From sequence record OR062527: a stretch of DNA of 64,000 nt. One strand, given 5' to 3'. Within the stretch, counting starts at the first letter, position 1. Every line of letters starts with the position of its first letter. A model generated the notes under the pieces. The model did no database searches, was not told where the DNA came from, and saw nothing but the letters and a program-made list of their open reading frames with translations. A program made the translations under genes and the position numbers. Of this stretch, positions 27,442-37,558 are shown in pieces. This stretch comes from Escherichia phage vB_EcoM_11B_SA_NWU.

Positions 27442-27785
27442 CTAGTACTCAATCCTCGATTATAAGAATCTACTAAACGGTCAACCATTGAACGGCACGC
27501 GGCTTTGTCTTTTTCCTCCGCAACTGAGCATTCCAAGGTATTCCACTTTTTAGCATATCGTTTTAATAATGTATCGTTTTTGTATCTGCTTGTTTTATCT
27601 CTTTCTCCGTCTTTATATGCATATATTAATTTCTGCGCAAATTCAGCTTGGCATGCTTTATTTTTCCCGCAATAATCCGCTGCAGTACGGTTTACATACT
27701 CTCTAATTTCAGTATATGATGTATCTGCTAACGCAGAAGCAGAAATTGAAATTAATCCTATACATAAAACCAAAATTTTAGTCAT
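27438..27785 (-). CDS. secreted small protein
   Basis: 115 aa; N-terminal signal peptide MTKILVLCIGLISISASALA. Confidence 0.5.
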   Translation of the reverse strand: MTKILVLCIGLISISASALADTSYTEIREYVNRTAADYCGKNKACQAEFAQKLIYAYKDGERDKTSRYKNDTLLKRYAKKWNTLECSVAEEKDKAACRSMVDRLVDSYNRGLSTR

Positions 27786-28323
27786 TTACTATTTCCAAAA
27801 GTTTATTATTTTTAAGGTAATTAGCCTTTTCTAGGACTTCAGAAGCATATTTAGAACCTGCTTTAACATTCCATCCCGAATTATAAGAGGATATCGCTTT
27901 TCTTATATCGCCCTTATGTATATTTAACCAATAAGAAAGTTCAATGTACGCCCAGGAAGCTGAATTGGACCGTTTATTCAACATTCTTTTTATTTCAGCA
28001 TCGGTCATATTATAACCAAGTTCCTTAACTCTTGCTCGCATAGTAGGCAAATAATTTTGGAACATTCCGTAAGCGTGATGCTTTGGTTTAGATTTTAAAT
28101 TAACTCCGCCAGAGCTTTCTTGCCATAAAATAGCAGCCATTATATGACCTAATCCACTCTTATGAACATTTTGGTGTGTTTTATATTTTCCATCCTTAGA
28201 AAACTGTTCCCCGAATTGATACGCGTAACGCATGTTATCGAGTTGGACATTACTGAAAGTATGCTCGGAGCTATGTGCCATCATTGAAATGGCCAATAGA
28301 CCAGCGAGTAGTGCTTTTCTCAT
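27778..28323 (-). CDS. secreted lytic-transglycosylase-like protein (SLT-like)
   Basis: Signal peptide MRKALLAGLLAISMMAHS; SLT-like motifs WQESSGG, GMFQ, SSYNSGWN. Confidence 0.55.
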   Translation of the reverse strand: MRKALLAGLLAISMMAHSSEHTFSNVQLDNMRYAYQFGEQFSKDGKYKTHQNVHKSGLGHIMAAILWQESSGGVNLKSKPKHHAYGMFQNYLPTMRARVKELGYNMTDAEIKRMLNKRSNSASWAYIELSYWLNIHKGDIRKAISSYNSGWNVKAGSKYASEVLEKANYLKNNKLLEIVND

Positions 28324-28330
28324 GCTTACC

Positions 28331-28792
28331 TCATTGAGTTTTAATTACTGCTTTAGAAGCCTTTCCTGGTAAACGACGACTGTTGATAATTGCCATCCTA
28401 CATTGAAGTGACGGGTCTTTAAACTTCTCATTAGGTTTACAAACCGTAAATCCAAGCCAAAGATTTCCATCTGTGATTTCTAAACGTCCAGGACGATATT
28501 CAACCCCATCAATAAAATCCTCGTCAATGTCAGGACGCGGAGGCATACTCAGGAATTCATTAACTTCTAAAACATGGTCTTTTATTTTATGGAATAATTC
28601 AAAAACATATGTCTCATCAATCTCCCGTTGAATTGCACGATCAAGAAGATGTTGAGAATATTTTAGATGAAACGATGAGACTCCTGCTGCTTTTGATGCC
28701 TCACGAATCTCATTGTTAATTTGACGAAACTCCGACTCAAAATGACGACGAAGCTTATTTCGACGGATAAAAACTTCTGTATTGATAGTCAT
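28331..28792 (-). CDS. regB: Endoribonuclease RegB
   Basis: 153 aa; position between tk region and GrcA-like gene; recalled T4 RegB N-terminus. Confidence 0.75.
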   Translation of the reverse strand: MTINTEVFIRRNKLRRHFESEFRQINNEIREASKAAGVSSFHLKYSQHLLDRAIQREIDETYVFELFHKIKDHVLEVNEFLSMPPRPDIDEDFIDGVEYRPGRLEITDGNLWLGFTVCKPNEKFKDPSLQCRMAIINSRRLPGKASKAVIKTQ

Positions 28793-28820
28793 GTTGTTCT
28801 CCTCTTAACTGATAGAAAAA

Positions 28821-28849
28821 TTATACCACAGTCAAGAGGAAAAGTAAAC
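28821..28849 (-). promoter_or_regulatory. Early promoter upstream of regB
   Basis: Minus strand GTTTAC...TTGACT...TGGTATAAT then GAGGAG RBS and ATG. Confidence 0.5.
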
Positions 28850-28851
28850 AG

Positions 28852-29172
28852 TTATTCTTTAAATCTAATCAATTTATTCATAGACTTTGAAACTTCTGCA
28901 CGAACCTCATGTAAGTTTTTAAGCTGTTCAAGACGCTGCTCATAGTAAGCAATTTCGTCTTCTTCAAGACAGTCCTGCGAATCTTCTTTAAGATAACGTG
29001 CATAGTCCTGGAAAGCTTTACGGACTACTTCCTGGAAGTCATCAAGACTTTGAATTTTCTTAGGAGCGGCAGATACACGACGAGGTGCAGTATAATACTC
29101 ATAACCAAACCCTGCGCTTAATTGAGCCATTAGTATTTTTCCTCTGGTTGGAACACTGCACGACAAGCCCAC
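28852..29172 (-). CDS. hypothetical protein
   Basis: 106-aa ORF. Confidence 0.4.
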   Translation of the reverse strand: MGLSCSVPTRGKILMAQLSAGFGYEYYTAPRRVSAAPKKIQSLDDFQEVVRKAFQDYARYLKEDSQDCLEEDEIAYYEQRLEQLKNLHEVRAEVSKSMNKLIRFKE

Positions 29173-29411
29173 ATACTGGCTTCTTTGAGTTTCGTTTTAG
29201 CAATAGTTAACTGATCGAGGCTTTCAGCATAATTCTTCGCGAAATCACAGTCTTCGCAATTATCTAGTGCTTCCCAGAATTCATCGTATAAAGCGTCAAA
29301 GATAAGTCCTAAACGAACTTCAGCGTCTTTAATAGCATTCACTTTACCGATTTTCTCTTCAGTATGTGGTTTATAACCTTTAATATCTTCAATCATATTT
29401 GACTTCCTCAC
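29130..29411 (-). CDS. hypothetical protein
   Basis: 93-aa acidic ORF. Confidence 0.4.
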   Translation of the reverse strand: MRKSNMIEDIKGYKPHTEEKIGKVNAIKDAEVRLGLIFDALYDEFWEALDNCEDCDFAKNYAESLDQLTIAKTKLKEASMWACRAVFQPEEKY

Positions 29412-29610
29412 CAGTACCTAAATCATATTCAACTAAACGAATAGGTTCATGAATGCCATATTCTTGAACAGAAATTTCTGTCGTAGGATAAATTCCATCA
29501 ATATCCCCCATATTCCATGCTTCATTAAATTGTTGCTCACCTGAATTACTAAACCACTCAGTGAAAGCATTTAGTACATCTTCAGAACCTTCAATAATTA
29601 TCTTTGCCAT
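29389..29610 (-). CDS. hypothetical protein
   Basis: 73-aa acidic ORF. Confidence 0.4.
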   Translation of the reverse strand: MAKIIIEGSEDVLNAFTEWFSNSGEQQFNEAWNMGDIDGIYPTTEISVQEYGIHEPIRLVEYDLGTGEEVKYD

Positions 29611-29972
29611 TACAAACTCTCGGTAAAGGTACGAGCGATAACGTCGCGCTGCTGTTCCGGAGTCAGAGAGTTAAAGCGAACTGCATAACCGGATACACGG
29701 ATGGTCAGCTGCGGATATTTTTCCGGATGCTTAACTGCATCTTCCAGAGTTTCACGACGCAGAACGTTAACGTTCAGGTGTTGACCACCTTCAATTTTAA
29801 CTGTAGGCTGTGGCTCAATTTCAATTTCACGGGCATGCAAACCATAGAAAATTTCTGGGTCTACAAAAGAGTCCTCTTTAAAAGTTTTAGAAACGATAAT
29901 TCGTGCTTGAATACCATCTTCAAAATAAATAGTACCTTTGTGTGTGCCTTCAAGAATTTGATATGCTTTCAT
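29610..29972 (-). CDS. Autonomous glycyl-radical cofactor (GrcA/YfiD-like)
   Basis: 120 aa; C-terminal [27 protein letters not shown] matches the glycyl-radical loop of E. coli GrcA/PFL. Confidence 0.8.
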   Translation of the reverse strand: MKAYQILEGTHKGTIYFEDGIQARIIVSKTFKEDSFVDPEIFYGLHAREIEIEPQPTVKIEGGQHLNVNVLRRETLEDAVKHPEKYPQLTIRVSGYAVRFNSLTPEQQRDVIARTFTESL

Positions 29973-29978
29973 ATAACC

Positions 29979-30308
29979 TCAATTAGAAAATAAATTTATC
30001 CAAGATTGTTCTTTAATTAAAAACGGCTCAGAATCATATGCCATTAAACTTTGAGTAATTAATCCTTTAAATGGTCCATCAATAAATTCCATTGTAAAAT
30101 ATGGAATTTTATTCATTAACCGTGCATTAGGAGCAGTGCATAAAACTCTGCATCCTTTGAATACACCTTTTTGTAATTTGTATTGCTTGGGATAAAATTC
30201 ACTCAAAATATCACTGTTTGCCAAAATTTCAAAATGATTCACCAACTTATTTTTAATAGTTTTTGGCGAAAAATAAAGATATTCAAAAAGCTGCGCATCT
30301 GTCATCAT
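29979..30308 (-). CDS. hypothetical protein, translationally coupled partner of P-loop ATPase
   Basis: Start at MMTDAQLFEY, forming an ATGA overlap with the upstream stop; tracked ORF extends further but overlaps 55 nt. Confidence 0.45.
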   Translation of the reverse strand: MMTDAQLFEYLYFSPKTIKNKLVNHFEILANSDILSEFYPKQYKLQKGVFKGCRVLCTAPNARLMNKIPYFTMEFIDGPFKGLITQSLMAYDSEPFLIKEQSWINLFSN

Positions 30309-30892
30309 TGCATTCCGATTACGAAAAACTGTGGACGAGTAATACCACCAATGCAACATTTACTATTGCAGCAGTAGTGTACAGTGTCCATATGGGCGCT
30401 ATAAATCTTATCCATATCAGGAGATTTAACAGGCTCATCAATTATATACAAAATTCGCGAAAGCGATAAACCTATGAACTTGCTTCCTTTATTACCAATA
30501 AAACTGCGCACAGAATCAGTAAATAAACGAAAACGTATATCATCATTAGAATAACGCGAAAATTCCTTTTTAATGTTATCTGCAGAAATTTTAGCGTAAG
30601 CTGAAGTATTAGAAAGAACAATAACTGTTCCGCCATCATACAGCCAATTAGCAGCAAAGTTAGTCACAGCAACTGATTTTCCGGATTGGCGACCACCGTC
30701 AAGTCGAAGAGTGCAATACTGTTTGAGTAAGTCTTCAAATGGCGGGATATAATCGTTTTTACAAATTTCTTCTACTCTAGCATCAGAATGGTGTGTAAAA
30801 GCATTCATCAGGGATAGATAAGGACCAGTCAAAAATGTTCTCATTTTATTCTCTCTAGATTTGGGCCATTCCATGGCGCATGAATTGTCCAT
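30305..30892 (-). CDS. P-loop NTPase
   Basis: Walker A LDGGRQSGKS and Walker B ILYIIDEP; Cys-rich C-terminus; start Met uncertain (M1, M7 or M17). Confidence 0.5.
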   Translation of the reverse strand: MDNSCAMEWPKSRENKMRTFLTGPYLSLMNAFTHHSDARVEEICKNDYIPPFEDLLKQYCTLRLDGGRQSGKSVAVTNFAANWLYDGGTVIVLSNTSAYAKISADNIKKEFSRYSNDDIRFRLFTDSVRSFIGNKGSKFIGLSLSRILYIIDEPVKSPDMDKIYSAHMDTVHYCCNSKCCIGGITRPQFFVIGMQ

Positions 30893-30979
30893 TCCTGCAT
30901 TTACCCATTACCGCACTCAGGCTCGACCTTATCACAGGTTGGCGGGAATACCTCAAATGAGGCTCAGGTTGTTCCCATG

Positions 30980-31453
30980 TTATTTAAATGATTTGACGTA
31001 CTGAACAGAACCTTTACTATTCACAAAGGCAATTTTACCGTTTTTGTTATACATTGTGGCAGTACGTTGATAGCCATAAGTTTGTTTACCAGATTGATAA
31101 CCAACTAATGCAAAATTATCTTCACCCATTTTATTCTGTTTAGCGCGAATGCGTTCATGACCGTGAGCCATAAGAACCTTAGCATCACCAGTTGCAATGG
31201 ATCTACGAGTTTTTTCATCTTCAACTGTATTAACAAAGTCGTCAAATGAATCAAATTTAGCATGAGATTTATTATACAGTTTTCCATCTACTGCATAATT
31301 ATATCCCTGTACATCCATCTCAACTTCTGTACCATCATCCAATACAGCAGTGATTTTCTGTCCTTTTTTAAATTTCAAAAGATCAGTAAAAGATTCAGCA
31401 ATAATTTGAGAATTAATAGCTGCTTCAGTAATAAATTCTTGATATGTTTTCAT
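30980..31453 (-). CDS. Internal protein (capsid-targeted, ipIII-like position)
   Basis: N-terminal capsid-targeting sequence MKTYQEFITEA; next to e as for T4 internal proteins. Confidence 0.7.
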   Translation of the reverse strand: MKTYQEFITEAAINSQIIAESFTDLLKFKKGQKITAVLDDGTEVEMDVQGYNYAVDGKLYNKSHAKFDSFDDFVNTVEDEKTRRSIATGDAKVLMAHGHERIRAKQNKMGEDNFALVGYQSGKQTYGYQRTATMYNKNGKIAFVNSKGSVQYVKSFK

Positions 31454-31547
31454 GTGTATCCTTTAAATGTAAATATTTTAATTAATAATTTATCTCTTCA
31501 AATAACTGTGAATATACTATCACAATTCTAGGAGAAAGTAAATAACT

Positions 31548-32516
<969 letters not shown>

Positions 32517-32535
<19 letters not shown>

Positions 32536-33005
32536 TCAGTGATAAAGTTATTTAAATTTTGAATATATTTCTTTTCATCAAAAATCTTTTGTTGTCTGCG
32601 TAGCCGCCATGGCATTTCAATGAACGTGTACCATATCCCAGATAATATTGCTGCAGTAAAAATATTAACAAGTATGGTTAAAAGAATCCAATCTCCTATT
32701 CTGTCCATTGGATTTTTTATAAAAAAGTAAAATATGAATGATGTCACAGGAAGACTAATAATATACCATAGAATCATAATTTTATCTGTGAACCAATCAG
32801 CGTTCGTTAACTTAGCGCGACCATTATGAATACATACGAATTTATCATCTGTTATAATAGATGGCTTAGCTGCTTGATATCCCATTCTAAACTCCCTAAT
32901 CAACAAATTTTTCATATCTTCGGAACAACCATTCCAGTCAACTCTATCAACTGAAATGCCATCATCCCCATCATCTAAATCATACCAGCGAGTTTTTAAA
33001 ATCAT
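32517..33005 (-). CDS. membrane protein
   Basis: 162 aa with hydrophobic helices. Confidence 0.45.
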
Positions 33006-33364
33006 TTAATTTTCCTACAATCACTCACAAACTCTTCCATTGATTCTTTTTCAATATAAGACATGTAGCTATTATATTCCTTTAATTGTATTTTGTAATC
33101 TTTTTTTCTTTGCCAATTTATTTTAAAATTATCATAATGAAAATATAACATAGTACCAAAGAATGAAAATAATGAAATCGCTATAGTATAATGAAGTTCA
33201 CTCCAAACCTCTGTTATAATTACTGTGCCGTCAATGTTTAAAATAAAACAGTCAATTAACAATCCAATAAGACTACCAGCAAGAGCTGCAAATACTGATA
33301 CGGCAAGAATTAACAGTGCCTCAGGAAACGAATATTTAACTTTATTTAGTTTTGGCTTTTGCAT
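33002..33364 (-). CDS. membrane protein
   Basis: 120 aa, two transmembrane segments. Confidence 0.45.
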   Translation of the reverse strand: MQKPKLNKVKYSFPEALLILAVSVFAALAGSLIGLLIDCFILNIDGTVIITEVWSELHYTIAISLFSFFGTMLYFHYDNFKINWQRKKDYKIQLKEYNSYMSYIEKESMEEFVSDCRKIK

Positions 33365-33759
33365 CGTGATTCCTTAACAAATTTCATAATTTCATCAAAT
33401 TCATACATATCTAATTTAAGCTGATGTTCCTTTTTAATCTTTTTACACTGAGCTTTCCAATCACGTACACGTTTACGATAGTGTCTTCCTTGATACCAAT
33501 ATCCTATCCAATTTATAGGTACTAATAAAAGCGGAACTACTAATGGAAGAATTAATACTAACAAAAATACTGCGTCTGATTCAATATCAGTAGTAACATC
33601 TATAACTATTCCAATAATCATTAGGACTACAAATGATATAGCTGTCACAGGACCTATTAATATATCAGTAGGAATTAGCTGGCGCTTTAATTCATACTTC
33701 ACAGGTTTACTTGGAAGGTATAGTGATGGCTTTGACATATTCTCTACATTCCTTAACAA
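33346..33759 (-). CDS. membrane protein
   Basis: 137 aa, two transmembrane segments. Confidence 0.45.
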   Translation of the reverse strand: MLRNVENMSKPSLYLPSKPVKYELKRQLIPTDILIGPVTAISFVVLMIIGIVIDVTTDIESDAVFLLVLILPLVVPLLLVPINWIGYWYQGRHYRKRVRDWKAQCKKIKKEHQLKLDMYEFDEIMKFVKESRCKSQN

Positions 33760-34240
33760 ATTTTTCTAATAATAAATCGCTTTCAAAATTGGGATTTTCC
33801 ACGAATTTATCAAAAAGATCATCAACAATAGTCAAGATATTCTTTTTACTAAGAATACGTTTATTTTCATGTTTTGTTTCAGAGTCAACTATAAGAGTAA
33901 AGAAATATTTCTTGCCCTGAAATTTTACAGTAGTATCAATATAGAATAAATTTGACTTTTGTAAATTACGTTTAAACCATGCATCACTTAAACTATAAAC
34001 GCCAAGATAATCATAATCGTCGTTTAAATAACAGACCGTCCATTCAGGAGAAACAAAATCAGTAAATTCAACGTCAAAATCGCATGTTAATAAATGAATT
34101 GATTCAATACTGTTAATAAGTATTCCAGGACGTATTAAAGACTTTTTACCTCTAGAAAATCTTCCAGAAAGACTTTCATCAGTTTCATATGAAGAACCCC
34201 CAATAATAATTACGTCCTTCTGCCATACGTTTAAGAGCAT
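33707..34240 (-). CDS. hypothetical protein
   Basis: 177-aa ORF. Confidence 0.45.
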   Translation of the reverse strand: MLLNVWQKDVIIIGGSSYETDESLSGRFSRGKKSLIRPGILINSIESIHLLTCDFDVEFTDFVSPEWTVCYLNDDYDYLGVYSLSDAWFKRNLQKSNLFYIDTTVKFQGKKYFFTLIVDSETKHENKRILSKKNILTIVDDLFDKFVENPNFESDLLLEKFVKECREYVKAITIPSK

Positions 34241-34342
34241 TTAATAATTGGTCTGGAACATCAACCTGTCTTTGGAACTCTTCAAACATTGAATTGAAAT
34301 CACTTTGCATTTTCATTTTCATTCCTACTTACTCCAAGTAAT

Positions 34343-34358
34343 AGGGGCCGAAGCCCCT
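34343..34358 (-). terminator. UUCG-loop hairpin
   Basis: aggggccgaagcccct palindrome. Confidence 0.45.
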
Positions 34359-34363
34359 TATCA

Positions 34364-34957
34364 TTATTTCAGAGAATTAATATATTCCTGAACATCGGCA
34401 GAGGTAGTTTCAACCCCAGAAATATTACCATTAAAGGTTTCAACTCGAGCAAGAGTATCTTCAATATCAACCTTAGTCAGTGCTGCAATTTCAACTACAT
34501 CATCAGCAGTACTAATTCCAAGGGCATTCGCGGCGCGAGTTTCACGAATATATTCCAATTTAACTGCAAGTTCTTGGCGAGCATCATCTAACTCAACTAC
34601 TTTCTTGGCAATTTCAATTCGCATTTCAGCATAACCATCAGCTTTAGTAGTCAACTGCTCAGCTGTTCGACGATATAGTAAACCGAGTTTAGCATGCATT
34701 GTTACATCTTGACCTTCAGAAAGAAGCTTGCGAATTTCGCGCTCTTTTGATTCGGCCTGCTTATTCTTTTCGACAATAAGTTCACGAATACGCTTTTCTT
34801 CGTTAATAGATTTAATGGAAGCAGTTTTTAGGTCTTTAATCTTATCAAGTAGTTTTGCTGCTGCAGCAGTATACTGTTCTTCAACAGATAGATTTTTAGC
34901 CATAGCAGAACCAAGTTTAGTGCGAATAAACTCAACAATTTTCTTCAGTGTGTTCAT
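34364..34957 (-). CDS. coiled-coil protein
   Basis: 197 aa, strongly helical and heptad-rich. Confidence 0.5.
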   Translation of the reverse strand: MNTLKKIVEFIRTKLGSAMAKNLSVEEQYTAAAAKLLDKIKDLKTASIKSINEEKRIRELIVEKNKQAESKEREIRKLLSEGQDVTMHAKLGLLYRRTAEQLTTKADGYAEMRIEIAKKVVELDDARQELAVKLEYIRETRAANALGISTADDVVEIAALTKVDIEDTLARVETFNGNISGVETTSADVQEYINSLK

Positions 34958-35064
34958 AGTATTTCCTTAGGTTAATTAAGATTTAAAATCTGTGAGAGTA
35001 TTAGTATTATACTCTATCCTCAAGTTATAGGCTCATAATATCTCAATCATGAGCCTATGTAAAC

Positions 35065-35340
35065 TTATTTCATATTATTGAAATATTCTTCTGCAATTTC
35101 GTCGTTATCATGATAAACTTTAGAAGACAGTTTAACATAACCTTCAGCAGTGAACATGTTAATCACAACCTTTACAGTATACCACTGACCGTCTTCATTA
35201 CCCATTACTGCATAAGTTTCAAACATCGGATGATCAGGACCGATAACTTTAATATCATTCACTGTACGACCAAAATCTTCTGAAACACATTTCATAAAGA
35301 AGTTGAACAGTTCGCCGTAATTATCCATTTCATTCTCCAA
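35065..35340 (-). CDS. hypothetical protein
   Basis: 91-aa ORF directly after promoter-leader repeat. Confidence 0.5.
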   Translation of the reverse strand: MENEMDNYGELFNFFMKCVSEDFGRTVNDIKVIGPDHPMFETYAVMGNEDGQWYTVKVVINMFTAEGYVKLSSKVYHDNDEIAEEYFNNMK

Positions 35341-35371
35341 GTTGTTTTCTGTATCAGTAGTTGATAGTTGT

Positions 35372-35401
35372 ATAGTACCACGGAAGAACAGGGATGTAAA
35401 C
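35372..35401 (-). promoter_or_regulatory. T4-type early promoter with conserved leader
   Basis: GTTTAC-N18-TACTATACAACTATCAACTAC on minus strand. Confidence 0.5.
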
Positions 35402-35539
35402 AGTTTTGTGAAAAAATTTTTAAAAATTTTTAGGAAATTCTAGGGCAGGGAGGGGCAATTAAAAGATAGGATAATATATTATAAAGGGTAGAAACTAAAT
35501 GATGCCTAGAGAGGCCCGGAAAGGCCTAGATACCAAAAA

Positions 35540-35561
35540 GCCCCAACCTTTTGGTCGGGGC
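35540..35561 (-). terminator. Rho-independent terminator (copy 1 of 30-nt repeat)
   Basis: Minus-strand RNA GCCCCGACC-AAAA-GGUUGGGGC followed by UUUUU. Confidence 0.6.
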
Positions 35562-35569
35562 TAAGAATG

Positions 35570-36043
35570 TTATTTGATTTGTTTAGCAGACCAAATGCGG
35601 TCTTTAATAATTTTTTGGATGTCTTCAACATACTCAAGAGAGTGAACATGTGGATTATCTTTGAAACTATAAGCACGGGCTAACTTTTGGCCTTCGGTTT
35701 TGATTACTAAAAGCTCTTTAAGGATAGCTTCATATTTAGAGATAATTCCTTTAACGATATTTTTTTCTTGTGCAGCTTTAGGATCTGCTTTAGGAGCAGG
35801 TTTACCCGAAGCCTTTGCAAAAGCAGCGCCAGTAGCAACTAAACTTTTCCAGGCCATACTAACTGCATTTCCCGTAAATCCTTCTGCTTTCATGTCGCGA
35901 GCAAATTGGAATCGTGATTCGTCAGAAGCATCTTTATAGGAATATTTACCCGCTGCAATGGCTGCTTTTGCAACAGCTTGAATTTCGGTGCTAGATGCTT
36001 CATTTAACACCGCTTCATTTAAAAATTGAGCATATGATTTCAT
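35570..36043 (-). CDS. Internal-protein-like gene with capsid-targeting N-terminus
   Basis: Start at MKSYAQFLNEA, parallel to the MKTYQEF targeting sequence; tracked ORF extends upstream through the terminator. Confidence 0.55.
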   Translation of the reverse strand: MKSYAQFLNEAVLNEASSTEIQAVAKAAIAAGKYSYKDASDESRFQFARDMKAEGFTGNAVSMAWKSLVATGAAFAKASGKPAPKADPKAAQEKNIVKGIISKYEAILKELLVIKTEGQKLARAYSFKDNPHVHSLEYVEDIQKIIKDRIWSAKQIK

Positions 36044-36098
36044 CTTATTTCCTGTTTTAATTCGTGGATTTAATATACTACTATATTTATACCAAAAA

Positions 36099-36120
36099 GC
36101 CCCAACCTTTCGGTCGGGGC
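36099..36120 (-). terminator. Rho-independent terminator (copy 2 of 30-nt repeat)
   Basis: Same hairpin as 35540..35561 with one loop difference, then U-tract. Confidence 0.6.
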
Positions 36121-36125
36121 TAAGC

Positions 36126-36430
36126 CTTGCGGCAACCTTGTCGGGGTTCCACCTGCTAAGGCAAGTGTTTGTACGAAACGCCGGGATTCGAACCCGGTTA
36201 TCAAGCAATTGACGCTACTCAATATTTTTAAAAGGCCATATCTCGACCATATCCGAACGTTCCGTCAAAAACGCTACTCGGCTTACGGCAAAGATATTTC
36301 CTCGAATCGATAATTCGGTGCGCCGTTTCTGCTGTGATATAAGGGGGCATTAACAAAACATAAAGATTTATTAATGCCAGTCCTTAAACAGGGAACATCA
36401 GTCCGACGACTTACCGGTAGCGACCCGGTT
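36126..36430 (-). ncRNA. Candidate structured stable RNA(s) downstream of tRNA-Arg
   Basis: Non-coding ~300 nt between a CDS and a terminator; contains tRNA-like T-arm ACCGGGTTCGAATCCCGGC but no full cloverleaf. Confidence 0.35.
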
Positions 36431-36432
36431 TC

Positions 36433-36783
36433 TTAATATTCTTTTAAAGCATCAATTTGTTCACGGCGTAAACGCCATAAATCAATTGCTTCATAAGCAG
36501 ATTCAACATTTCGAATTAGCCGACATTTATGTAAAGACTTATGATTTTGATATTGTGTAGATAACGGAATTTTATCTAAAAGGTCTTTACGTTCAAAGTA
36601 TTCGTAACCATCTAAGCCAAATGAACGATTTTTGAGAAATTGCCAATGACCAAATTCGTTTTCGACATAAACATAATCTGCATGCTGATAAAGCAAATTA
36701 ATTACACGTTCAGAAATAACAGTATCATTATGATTAAAATAGAATGTTAAATCATGAACTACTAAATAAACATTACCTTTCAT
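36433..36783 (-). CDS. hypothetical protein
   Basis: 116-aa ORF between tRNA-Arg and the structured RNA region. Confidence 0.45.
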   Translation of the reverse strand: MKGNVYLVVHDLTFYFNHNDTVISERVINLLYQHADYVYVENEFGHWQFLKNRSFGLDGYEYFERKDLLDKIPLSTQYQNHKSLHKCRLIRNVESAYEAIDLWRLRREQIDALKEY

Positions 36784-36801
36784 ATTTTCCTCACTTATAA
36801 T

Positions 36802-36877
36802 TGGTCGAGGCAGTAGGGATCGAACCTACGACCCAGGACTTAGAAGGTCCTTGCTCTTCCTTCTGAGCTATGCCCCG
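36802..36877 (-). tRNA. tRNA-Arg (anticodon TCT)
   Basis: Hand-folded cloverleaf; anticodon loop CTTCTAA; T-loop GGTTCGATCC; CCA encoded. Confidence 0.8.
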
Positions 36878-36880
36878 TAA

Positions 36881-37531
36881 TTAAAATTTCATTTTTCGAC
36901 CTTTAAACCATCCTTCTGGAATTGGGTCAGTTTTCTTAATACGTTTAGAAACTTTTTCATCTAATGAATGAATCCACATGGTTCCAAACTGAGAATTGTA
37001 TTTTCCAGAAGAATTAATCTTGGCTGAATCAGATATTTTCTTTTTCGTTTCTTTGTTATGTAGTTTACCTAAAAATCCAAAAGTTGGTTTTCTTATTCCA
37101 TTTTCCCATTGAATTTTCATAGATTCAGAAACTTTTTGCGATACCTTCGAATAGTCTCTTCTTAAGTTAGATTCTCTTACTCCAGATGAACAAATTGATG
37201 CAAAATTTGGACTATTACAAATATGATCCCAACCGCCTTCGCCACCAATCTTAAGATTATAAACGTTGCCTTTTAAAAATTCTTCTGTTACAATTTCAAG
37301 CTCTTTTGCGTACATTTCTTTAGCAGAAGAAAATTCATACAAAATTTCTTTTGTGAAATTATTTATTCCATACTTAGCAATTGCTCTTTTTATTCTTTTA
37401 CCAGAACCCATATAACCATCATTTATATTAGATGTTTTATGAGCTCCAACATAAACAGTTCCATTGATTAAATTAGTTATTTTATAAATCAGATAATGCA
37501 TATCTCCTCCATAGTTGAGATTATTATACAT
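36881..37531 (-). CDS. segB: GIY-YIG homing endonuclease (SegB-like)
   Basis: 216 aa; N-terminal YLIYKITNLINGTVYVGAHKT; located inside the tRNA cluster. Confidence 0.75.
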   Translation of the reverse strand: MYNNLNYGGDMHYLIYKITNLINGTVYVGAHKTSNINDGYMGSGKRIKRAIAKYGINNFTKEILYEFSSAKEMYAKELEIVTEEFLKGNVYNLKIGGEGGWDHICNSPNFASICSSGVRESNLRRDYSKVSQKVSESMKIQWENGIRKPTFGFLGKLHNKETKKKISDSAKINSSGKYNSQFGTMWIHSLDEKVSKRIKKTDPIPEGWFKGRKMKF

Positions 37532-37558
37532 TATTCCATTCCAATTGTAAACAAAAAA

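Noticed and set aside
29979-30892. Possible frameshifted pseudogene joining the P-loop ORF and the downstream ORF
   Set aside because: The stop of the upstream ORF overlaps an in-frame ATG of the downstream ORF in an ATGA arrangement, which fits two coupled genes better than a disrupted one. This is unverified.
34364-34957. PspA/IM30-like assignment for the 197-aa coiled-coil protein
   Set aside because: The resemblance is only compositional (long amphipathic helices) and no diagnostic motif was found; it is kept as a generic coiled-coil protein.
36170-36250. Possible twelfth tRNA, based on a T-arm-like GGGTTCGAATCCCGG motif
   Set aside because: No matching acceptor stem or anticodon arm could be folded; kept only as part of the candidate structured RNA region.
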